9,241 nucleotides of DNA from a virus (Duplodnaviria > Heunggongvirae > Uroviricota > Caudoviricetes), in the IMG/VR virus record IMGVR_UViG_2585427789_000003, positions 1 to 9,241 of that record. One strand, given 5' to 3'. Positions 1 to 6,451 of this stretch are shown piece after piece. The position numbers and the translations under genes are program-made. The notes beneath the pieces were generated by a model. The model was given only the letters and a program-made list of their open reading frames with translations, was not told the origin of the DNA and did no database searches. The first letter of the stretch is position 1. The number at the start of each line of letters is the position of its first letter.

Positions 1-1
1 G

Positions 2-1216
2 CGGTTGTTTGATTTCAACAAGCTGGCGATTTACCAGGAGCAGAGCGCATCAAAATTTGAACCGCTTTCCTCGGATGCAAACAACCTGGACGGTCTGAAC
101 ATCCACTGCGCCATTATTGATGAGCTGCATGCACATAAAACCCGCGACGTGTGGGACGTTCTGGAAACGGCAACCGGTGCCCGTCTGCAGTCCCTGTTAT
201 TTGGTATCACCACGGCTGGCTTTAACAAGGAAGGGATTTGTTACGAGCAGCGTGATTACGCCATCAAGGTATTGCGAGGCTATAACAGCGACGTGGAGGG
301 CGCTGTAAAAGACGACTCTTACTTTGCGATCATTTACACGCTCGATGAGGGAGATGATCCGTTTGATGAAACGGTCTGGCAGAAAGCGAATCCGGGCCTG
401 GGCATCTGTAAACGCTGGGATGATCTGCGTCGCCTGGCGAAAAAGGCGAAGGAGCAGGTCTCGGCGCGGGTGAATTTTTTCACGAAACACATGAATGTGT
501 GGGTTACTGCCGAATCTGCCTGGATGGACATGATTAAGTGGGAGAAGTGCGAATACATTGCCCCACGACATGAGCTGAAAACGTATCCCATGTGGGTCGG
601 CGTTGACCTTGCTCATAAGATTGATATCTGTGCGGCGGCAAAACTCTGGCGAACGGATAACGGGCATGTTCATGCCGATTTTAAATTCTGGCTTCCGGAA
701 GGACGGCTGGAACGATGCTCGCGGCAGCAGGCAGAACTTTACCGGAAGTGGGCAGAGATGGGGAAGCTCATCCTGACGAATGGTAATGTTATCGATCATG
801 CTCAGATAAAAAGTGACCTACTGGAATGGATTGGCGGTGAAAACCTCAGGGAACTGGGATTTGACCCGTGGAGCGCAATGCAGTTCAGTCTGGCGCTGGC
901 TGAAGAAGGGATACCGCTGGTGGAAGTTCCGCAGACGGTCCGCAATCTGTCAGAGGCTATGAAGGAAACGGAATCACTGGTCTATGCCGGGCGTTTCCAC
1001 CACAGCAATCATCCGGTCATGAACTGGATGATGTCTAACGTTACGGTAAAACCGGACAAAAACGACAATATCTTCCCGAATAAATCCACGCCGGAAGCCA
1101 AAATCGACGGCCCTGTTGCGCTTTTTACAGCCATGAGCCGCTTTCTGGTAAATGGCGGGGGCGTGAATGACTTTCTGTCCACGCTTGATCCTGATGAGGA
1201 CCTGTTAATTCTGTGA
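2..1216 (+). CDS. Terminase large subunit, 5'-truncated by the window edge (C-terminal part of the ATPase domain plus nuclease domain)
   Basis: The reading frame is open from the window start with no upstream stop, and stops at TGA 1214-1216. A Walker B-like hhhhDE motif (AIIDE) lies at about nt 107-124, so the Walker A must be upstream of the window. An RNase H-like nuclease motif (WVGVDLA, Asp codon 605-607) follows. It sits immediately upstream of the portal gene, the canonical position. Confidence 0.85.
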   Translation, partial: RLFDFNKLAIYQEQSASKFEPLSSDANNLDGLNIHCAIIDELHAHKTRDVWDVLETATGARLQSLLFGITTAGFNKEGICYEQRDYAIKVLRGYNSDVEGAVKDDSYFAIIYTLDEGDDPFDETVWQKANPGLGICKRWDDLRRLAKKAKEQVSARVNFFTKHMNVWVTAESAWMDMIKWEKCEYIAPRHELKTYPMWVGVDLAHKIDICAAAKLWRTDNGHVHADFKFWLPEGRLERCSRQQAELYRKWAEMGKLILTNGNVIDHAQIKSDLLEWIGGENLRELGFDPWSAMQFSLALAEEGIPLVEVPQTVRNLSEAMKETESLVYAGRFHHSNHPVMNWMMSNVTVKPDKNDNIFPNKSTPEAKIDGPVALFTAMSRFLVNGGGVNDFLSTLDPDEDLLIL

Positions 1217-1374
1217 AACAGCTTATTACTGATATGACCGGGCTGATCGGTTTCGGTCTGCTCACTGCTGGCGTTTATCTGTATGCAGGTCTGCCAGCGT
1301 CTCTGATGCTGTCTGGCTGTTTGTTGCTGCTTTATGCACTGGTGGTGTCCATGAGGAGAAAACATGCTTCTTGA
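1213..1374 (+). CDS. Small hydrophobic hypothetical protein (about 53 aa from GTG 1213, or 46 aa from ATG 1234), possibly a two-helix membrane peptide
   Basis: This ORF is below the 60-aa cutoff of the supplied track. GTG 1213 overlaps the terminase stop (GTGA) and has GAGGA about 12 nt upstream. The stop TGA 1372-1374 overlaps the portal ATG at 1364 by 11 nt. The translation (VKQLITDMTGLIGFGLLTAGVYLYAGLPASLMLSGCLLLLYALVVSMRRKHAS) is strongly hydrophobic with a basic C-terminus. It fills an otherwise unexplained 148-bp gap. Confidence 0.4.
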   Translation: MKQLITDMTGLIGFGLLTAGVYLYAGLPASLMLSGCLLLLYALVVSMRRKHAS

Positions 1375-2590
1375 TGCTCTGTTTCGCAGTGAGCCTCTGG
1401 AAAATCCCTCGGTTCCGGTAACCGGAGAGGCCGCTGAGACGGATAATATTTTTGCCCGGGATGTGTATGTCAGTCCTGAAACTGCGATGAAACTGGCTGC
1501 GGTGTATTCCTGTATCTATGTCCTGTCTTCCAGCCTTGCCCAGATGCCGTTGCATGTTATGCGCAGGCACAATGGGAAGGTTGAGCCCGCACGCGATCAT
1601 CCGGCGTTTTATCTGGTTCATGATGAGCCCAATACCTGGCAAACCAGTTACAAATGGCGCGAACTGAAGCAACGTCACATCCTTGGCTGGGGGAATGGGT
1701 ATACCTGGGTGAAACGTAATCGTCGCGGTGAAGTCATATCCCTGGATTGCTGTATGCCGTGGGAAACGACGCTGATGAATACTGGTGGCCGATACACCTA
1801 CGGTTTGTACAACGAATATGGGGCGTTTGCGATCAGCCCCGACGATATGATCCACATCCGTGCGCTGGGTAATAATCAGAAGATGGGGCTGAGTCCGATT
1901 ATGCAACATGCCGAAACAATAGGCATGGGGATGAGCGGTCAGAAATACACAGAAAGCTTCTTCAGCGGTAATGCCCGTCCGGCGGGGATAGTATCCGTTA
2001 AAAGCGGACTCAATAAGGACAGCTGGGGCTGGCTTAAAGATCAGTGGCAGAAGGCATCGCAGGCGTTACGCAGCCAGGAAAACAAAACCATGCTGCTGCC
2101 AGCCGATCTGGATTACAAGGCACTGACTGTGTCGCCAGTTGACGCCCAGATCATTGACATGATGAAACTGAACCGTTCAATGATTGCCGGTATTTTCAAT
2201 ATTCCTGCGCACATGATTAATGACCTCGAAAAAGCCACCTTCTCCAATATTTCTGCGCAGGCGATTCAGTTTGTCCGCTACACGATGATGCCGTGGGTGA
2301 CGAACTGGGAGCAGGAGCTTAACCGTCGCTTGTTTACCCGCGCTGAGTTAGCCGCCGGGTATTACGTCAGGTTCAATCTGACGGGGCTTTTACGCGGAAC
2401 TCCGCAGGAGCGCGCGCAATTCTATCACTTCGCTATTACCGATGGATGGATGAGCCGTAATGAGGCCCGCGCATTCGAGGATATGAATCCGGTTGAAGGG
2501 CTGGATGAGATGCTGGTAAGCGTGAACGCTGCTAACCCGGCAGGAGATTTTAAGCCCCCAAAAAACGATGAGGGAAAAACCAATGAATGA
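1364..2590 (+). CDS. Portal protein (HK97-family type)
   Basis: A 408-aa ORF with GAGGAG 4 nt upstream of ATG 1364. Its size and its position between terminase and prohead protease are canonical for a portal. The stop TGA 2588-2590 overlaps the protease start region. Confidence 0.88.
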   Translation: MLLDALFRSEPLENPSVPVTGEAAETDNIFARDVYVSPETAMKLAAVYSCIYVLSSSLAQMPLHVMRRHNGKVEPARDHPAFYLVHDEPNTWQTSYKWRELKQRHILGWGNGYTWVKRNRRGEVISLDCCMPWETTLMNTGGRYTYGLYNEYGAFAISPDDMIHIRALGNNQKMGLSPIMQHAETIGMGMSGQKYTESFFSGNARPAGIVSVKSGLNKDSWGWLKDQWQKASQALRSQENKTMLLPADLDYKALTVSPVDAQIIDMMKLNRSMIAGIFNIPAHMINDLEKATFSNISAQAIQFVRYTMMPWVTNWEQELNRRLFTRAELAAGYYVRFNLTGLLRGTPQERAQFYHFAITDGWMSRNEARAFEDMNPVEGLDEMLVSVNAANPAGDFKPPKNDEGKTNE

Positions 2591-3185
2591 CCGTGAAATC
2601 CGTTGTTACAGCGGTGAGGTGCGTGCTGAGAGGCATGACGATAACCCGGCGCACATTATCGGTTATGGATCGGTGTTTGACTGTCGTTCTGAGCTGATAT
2701 TCGGCTCATTCCGCGAAATCATCCGGCCCGGCGCTTTTGACGATGTGCTTGGTGATGATGTACGCGCACTGTTTAACCACGATCCTAATTTTATTCTTGG
2801 GCGTAGTGCAGCAGGCACGCTGAATCTTTCAGTTGATGAGCGCGGATTACGCTATGACATCCAGGCTCCGGAGACACAGACCATTCGTGATCTGGTGCTG
2901 GCCCCGATGCAACGTGGAGATATTAACCAGTCATCTTTCGCTTTCCGTGTCGCCCGTGACGGTGAGGAGTGGTATCAGGATGAGGATGGGGTTGTTATTC
3001 GCGAGATAACCCGCTTTTCCCGTCTGCTGGATGTCAGTCCTGTGACATATCCTGCCTATCAGGAGGCTGACTCGGCTGTTCGCTCCATGAAAGCATGGCA
3101 GGAGGGGCGCAACAGCGGCGCGCTACAGAAAGCCATTAATCAACGTATGGCGCGTGAACGCGTCCTGACCCTTCTTAACGCGTAA
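2583..3185 (+). CDS. Prohead maturation protease (HK97 gp4-like, peptidase S78 family)
   Basis: A conserved FNHD motif (His codon 2778-2780) and a QSSFAF motif (Ser codons 2931-2936) resemble the His/Ser catalytic dyad of HK97-type prohead proteases. I chose ATG 2583 because AGGGA lies 7 nt upstream; the in-frame ATG at 2568 lacks a Shine-Dalgarno sequence and is the alternative. The gene sits between portal and capsid. Confidence 0.85.
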   Translation: MNDREIRCYSGEVRAERHDDNPAHIIGYGSVFDCRSELIFGSFREIIRPGAFDDVLGDDVRALFNHDPNFILGRSAAGTLNLSVDERGLRYDIQAPETQTIRDLVLAPMQRGDINQSSFAFRVARDGEEWYQDEDGVVIREITRFSRLLDVSPVTYPAYQEADSAVRSMKAWQEGRNSGALQKAINQRMARERVLTLLNA

Positions 3186-3195
3186 AGGAAATATC

Positions 3196-4425
3196 ATGAA
3201 ACTGCATGAACTGAAACAGAAACGTAACACTATCGCAACTGACATGCGCGCCCTGAATGAAAAAATTGGTGATAACGCATGGACGGAAGAGCAGCGCACT
3301 GAGTGGAACAAAGCAAAATCCGAACTGGAAGCGCTTGATGAACGAATTGCACGCGAAGAAGAACTGCGTCGTCAGGATCAGGCGTACATTGAAAGCAATG
3401 AGGAAGAGCAGCGTCAGAATCTTGATCCGGAAAACAATCCACAACAGGATGAGAAACGAGCTCAGGTTTTTGATAAGTGGATGCGTCACGGTGCCAGTGA
3501 GCTGACATCAGAAGAACGAAAGGCGTTGCGTGAACTTCGTGCCCAGGGCGTAGCTCAGGATGAAAAGGGCGGATATACCGTACCAGAAACATTCCTGGCG
3601 AAAGTTGTTGAGAAGATGAAATCCTACGGTGGCATCGCCAGTGTGGCGCAGATTCTTACCACTTCTGACGGTCGCACTATGGAGTGGGCAACAGCTGATG
3701 GTACTTCCGAAGTTGGTGTTCTGCTGGGCGAAAATGAAGAAGCCGGTGAAGAAGACACCGATTTCGGTATGGGAAGCCTTGGGGCGCTCAAAATGACATC
3801 GAAAATAATTCGTGTGTCTAATGAGTTGCTGCAGGACAGTGCGATCGATATGGAAGCTTATCTTGCCCGTCGCATTGCTGAACGTATTGGTCGTGGTGAA
3901 GCCCGTTATCTGATTCAGGGGACGGGGGCTGGTACGCCTAAACAACCCAAAGGGCTGGCAGCATCAGTGACCGGCACAACACAGACTGCCGCGGCAAATG
4001 CGGTGAAGTGGCAGGAAATTCTGGCTCTGAAACACAGCATTGATCCTGCATATCGTCGCGGACCGAAATTCCGCCTGGCGTTTAACGATAATACGCTGAA
4101 ACTGATCAGTGAGATGGAAGACGGTCAGGGACGCCCTTTATGGTTGCCGGATATTGTTGGTGTGGCACCTGCTTCAGTGTTGAATGTACCGTATGTCATT
4201 GATCAGGAAATTGATGATATCGGGGCGGGTAAAAAATTCATGTTCTGTGGTGACTTTGATCGCTTCATTATCCGTCGTGTGCGATACATGATTCTTAAAC
4301 GTCTGGTTGAGCGTTACGCAGAATATGATCAGACCGGTTTTCTGGCCTTCCATCGTTTTGACTGTATCCTGGAAGACACCTCTGCCATTAAAGCGCTGGT
4401 GGGGAAAGGTAGCGTTGGTGGTTGA
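3196..4425 (+). CDS. Major capsid protein (HK97-fold) with an N-terminal charged coiled-coil delta/scaffolding domain
   Basis: A 409-aa ORF with AGGAA 5 nt upstream of ATG 3196. The N-terminal ~120 aa are rich in E/R/K/Q heptad-like sequence (for example EALDERIAREEELRRQDQAYIESNEEEQRQ), typical of a delta domain removed by the upstream protease. The gene directly follows the protease gene and is followed by terminator-like hairpins. Confidence 0.9.
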   Translation: MKLHELKQKRNTIATDMRALNEKIGDNAWTEEQRTEWNKAKSELEALDERIAREEELRRQDQAYIESNEEEQRQNLDPENNPQQDEKRAQVFDKWMRHGASELTSEERKALRELRAQGVAQDEKGGYTVPETFLAKVVEKMKSYGGIASVAQILTTSDGRTMEWATADGTSEVGVLLGENEEAGEEDTDFGMGSLGALKMTSKIIRVSNELLQDSAIDMEAYLARRIAERIGRGEARYLIQGTGAGTPKQPKGLAASVTGTTQTAAANAVKWQEILALKHSIDPAYRRGPKFRLAFNDNTLKLISEMEDGQGRPLWLPDIVGVAPASVLNVPYVIDQEIDDIGAGKKFMFCGDFDRFIIRRVRYMILKRLVERYAEYDQTGFLAFHRFDCILEDTSAIKALVGKGSVGG

Positions 4426-4446
4426 TTAGTCTTTTTACGTACTACA

Positions 4447-4471
4447 GCACGCCGCGTAATGCGGTTTTTTT
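4447..4471 (+). terminator. Putative intrinsic terminator or attenuator downstream of the major capsid gene
   Basis: A short GC stem (CCGC 4452-4455 pairing with GCGG 4461-4464, loop GTAAT) is immediately followed by a run of seven T (4465-4471), 27 nt after the capsid stop codon. The stem is short, so this is probably a partial terminator. Confidence 0.45.
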
Positions 4472-4493
4472 GTGCCCGCTTTCTGGCGGGCAC
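4472..4493 (+). promoter_or_regulatory. Perfect 8-bp GC-rich inverted repeat (stem-loop) abutting the ribosome-binding site of the next gene
   Basis: GTGCCCGC (4472-4479) and GCGGGCAC (4486-4493) are exact reverse complements separated by a 6-nt loop (TTTCTG). The repeat ends one nucleotide before AGGAGG (4494-4499) and ATG 4504. No T-tract follows, so it is not a classic terminator. Confidence 0.4.
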
Positions 4494-4503
4494 AGGAGGT
4501 TTT

Positions 4504-4827
4504 ATGCTGTTAAAAATGGAAGAGATTAAGCTTCAGCTTCGTCTGGATGATGATTTCTCTGATGAAGATGAGTTGCTTGAACTACTTGGGAAGGCCGCTC
4601 AGAGTCGTACGGAAAACTTCCTTAACCGTAAGTTGTATGCAACCGCAGATAACAGGCCTGCGGATGATCCTGATGGGCTTGTGATATCTGATGATGTGAA
4701 GCTGGCGCTTCTGCTACTTGTCAGCCATTTCTACGAAAACCGCTCAACGGTTACAGACGTTGAGAAAATGGAGTTGCCAATGAGTTTTAACTGGTTGGTT
4801 GCTCCTTATCGCCTTATACCACTATGA
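4504..4827 (+). CDS. Head-tail connector / head completion protein (phage gp6-like family)
   Basis: A strong AGGAGG sits 4 nt upstream of ATG 4504. The track's longer start at 4459 would read through the hairpins and has no Shine-Dalgarno sequence. The product is about 107 aa, acidic at the N-terminus (LRLDDDFSDEDELLELL), and is the first gene after the capsid, consistent with gp6-like connector proteins. The stop overlaps the next start (ATGA at 4824-4827). Confidence 0.65.
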   Translation: MLLKMEEIKLQLRLDDDFSDEDELLELLGKAAQSRTENFLNRKLYATADNRPADDPDGLVISDDVKLALLLLVSHFYENRSTVTDVEKMELPMSFNWLVAPYRLIPL

Positions 4828-5234
4828 AAATTCGTCAGGCGCAGACCAGCGCAACCTACATTCTGCCGGACCCCGGCGAACTGAATAAACGCGTCCTGAT
4901 CCGCCAGCGGGTGGATATGCCCGCGGATAACTTTGGCGTGGAGCCTCAATACCCGGTTGCGTTCCGGGCATGGGCGAAGGTTATCCAGACCAGTGCCACC
5001 ACCTGGCAGGAAACCGCGCAGACCGGAGACGCCATCACCCATTACATCACCATTCGCTACCGCCGGGGGATCACTGCTGATTATGAGGTGGTCTGTGGTG
5101 ACAGTGTGTACCGCGTGAAACGTCAGCGCGATCTGAACGGAGCGCGGCGCTTTCTGCTGCTGGAGTGTACGGAGCTGGGCGAATTTACGCAGAGTCACGG
5201 AGGCAACAATGGCGACTTCCTTTTTGCACGTTGA
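4824..5234 (+). CDS. Head-tail joining / head closure protein (SPP1 gp16-like head-tail adaptor class)
   Basis: A 136-aa ORF translationally coupled to the upstream gene by an ATGA overlap. Its size and position, second gene after the capsid, fit the head closure family. Assigned from gene order and general sequence character only. Confidence 0.6.
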   Translation: MKIRQAQTSATYILPDPGELNKRVLIRQRVDMPADNFGVEPQYPVAFRAWAKVIQTSATTWQETAQTGDAITHYITIRYRRGITADYEVVCGDSVYRVKRQRDLNGARRFLLLECTELGEFTQSHGGNNGDFLFAR

Positions 5235-5715
5235 TGTTCAGCAGCCCGCGGAGATGCGCTTTAACCGCGCCCGTGTCCGGCGGGCGTTTGTCACGATTGG
5301 TCAGCGTCATATGCGTGATGCCCGACGGCTGGTGATGCGCCGTGCGCGGTCGGCACCGGGTGAAAACCCCGGTTATCAGACCGGACGCCTGGCTCGTTCG
5401 ATTGGTTACATGGTACCCAGAGCCAGTAAAAAGCGAGCCGGTTTTATGACACGCATTGCCCCTAACCAGCGCAACGGGAAGGGGAACCGGATGATCTCTG
5501 GTGACTTCTATCCGGCGTATCTGTTTTTTGGTGTCCGGGGAGGAGCAAAACGTCGTCGTAGTCATCATCGTGGTGCATCTGGTGGCAGCGGCTGGCGGCT
5601 GGCTCCACGTAATAACTTTATGGTGGAAACGCTTGAAAAGAACCGCAGCTGGACACGCTATTTTCTGGCGCGGGAATTACGTAAATCACTGAAGCCGGAG
5701 CGACGACGCAGATGA
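5209..5715 (+). CDS. HK97 gp10-like tail-component / neck protein
   Basis: GGAGG (5199-5203) lies 5 nt upstream of ATG 5209. The region PGENPGYQTGRLARSIGYM matches my recollection of the conserved core of HK97 gp10-family proteins. The protein is very basic, with Arg-rich stretches. It overlaps the upstream gene by 26 nt. Confidence 0.65.
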   Translation: MATSFLHVDVQQPAEMRFNRARVRRAFVTIGQRHMRDARRLVMRRARSAPGENPGYQTGRLARSIGYMVPRASKKRAGFMTRIAPNQRNGKGNRMISGDFYPAYLFFGVRGGAKRRRSHHRGASGGSGWRLAPRNNFMVETLEKNRSWTRYFLARELRKSLKPERRRR

Positions 5716-6272
5716 AACTGACGCCTGTTATTGCTGCGCTGCGTGCCCGCTGCCCGTATTTTGAAAACCGGGTGGCAGGCGCGGCCCAGTTCAAAAATCT
5801 GCCGGAGGTCGGAAAGCTGAGACTCCCGGCGGCGTATGTGGTACCGGGGGATGACTCTCCGGGAGAAAACAAAAGCCAGACCGACTACTGGCAGGAGCTG
5901 AAAGAGGGCTTCTCCGTGGTTGTCATACTGAGTAACGGGCGTGATGAGCGCGGTCAGTTTGCCTCGTATGATGTGGTGGACGATGTCCGGCAGATGCTCT
6001 TTAAGGCCCTGCTGGGCTGGAACCCGGAAGCGTGCGGTAACCCGATTACCTATGACGGCGGCACGCTGCTGGATCTGAATCGTCATGAGCTGATTTATCA
6101 GTTCGATTTTTCGGTCATCAGTGAGCTGACCGAAGACGATACCCGCCAGCAGGATGACCTGAACAGTCTGGATGAACTGCAAACGCTGGCGATTGATGTT
6201 GATTATCTCGAGCCCGGTAACGGGCCTGACGGCGATATCGAACATCACACCGAAATAACCCTTCCTTCCTGA
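5712..6272 (+). CDS. Putative tail terminator / tail completion protein (Mu gp37-like position); function inferred mainly from synteny
   Basis: A 186-aa ORF with an ATGA start/stop overlap with the upstream gene. It lies immediately upstream of the small DUF2635-like ORF and the sheath gene, where contractile-tail phages encode the sheath terminator. The C-terminus is acidic. Confidence 0.5.
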   Translation: MKLTPVIAALRARCPYFENRVAGAAQFKNLPEVGKLRLPAAYVVPGDDSPGENKSQTDYWQELKEGFSVVVILSNGRDERGQFASYDVVDDVRQMLFKALLGWNPEACGNPITYDGGTLLDLNRHELIYQFDFSVISELTEDDTRQQDDLNSLDELQTLAIDVDYLEPGNGPDGDIEHHTEITLPS

Positions 6273-6280
6273 GGATCCTC

Positions 6281-6451
6281 ATGTTTGTCAAACCTGTTAA
6301 AGGGCGGTCAGTGCCTGACCCTGCCCGCGGCGACCTTTTGCCCGCCGAAGGGCGAAATGTTGACGAGAACAACTACTGGCTGCGCCGTGAAGCAGCGGGT
6401 GATATCCGGCGCGTGAATAAAAAGGTGAATACCGATGACGATAAGCTTTAA
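6281..6451 (+). CDS. Small conserved phage protein (56 aa), DUF2635-like, typically found just upstream of Mu-type tail sheath genes
   Basis: This ORF is absent from the supplied track because it is under 60 aa. ATG 6281 has GAGGA 5 nt upstream, and the stop TAA 6449-6451 overlaps the sheath start by 17 nt. The translation is MFVKPVKGRSVPDPARGDLLPAEGRNVDENNYWLRREAAGDIRRVNKKVNTDDDKL. I recall a short protein with this character immediately upstream of sheath genes in Mu-like tail modules. Confidence 0.55.
   Translation: MFVKPVKGRSVPDPARGDLLPAEGRNVDENNYWLRREAAGDIRRVNKKVNTDDDKL

Noticed and set aside
197-799. 200-aa ORF on the minus strand inside the terminase gene
   Set aside because: It is fully embedded antisense to a + strand gene with clear terminase motifs. 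It has no ribosome-binding-site context and no recognisable domain, and its composition is the Arg/Pro/Leu-rich signature of an antisense read of coding DNA.
1217-1363. Possible internal promoter in the terminase-portal gap
   Set aside because: There are AT-rich hexamers (for example TTGATC, TGATAT), but I could not identify a convincing -35/-10 pair with proper spacing. The gap is better explained by the small hydrophobic ORF.
1262-1909. 215-aa minus-strand ORF overlapping the portal 5' region
   Set aside because: It is antisense to the portal gene and to the small hydrophobic ORF. The module is otherwise unidirectional and tightly coupled on the + strand, so this is most likely a shadow ORF.
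3257-3505. 82-aa highly basic ORF in an alternate + frame inside the capsid gene
   Set aside because: It is a frame-shifted reading of the GAA/GAG-rich delta-domain codons, giving K/R-rich low-complexity sequence. It has no start context and is explained by the capsid reading frame.
4459-4503. Upstream ATG 4459 as the start of the connector gene (track ORF 4459-4827)
   Set aside because: The extension would translate through the terminator-like hairpins and lacks a Shine-Dalgarno sequence. ATG 4504 has a near-consensus AGGAGG 4 nt upstream.
5658-6248. 196-aa minus-strand ORF overlapping the tail terminator-like gene
   Set aside because: It is antisense to a + strand gene that is translationally coupled to its neighbours. 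There is no independent support and the composition is low-complexity.
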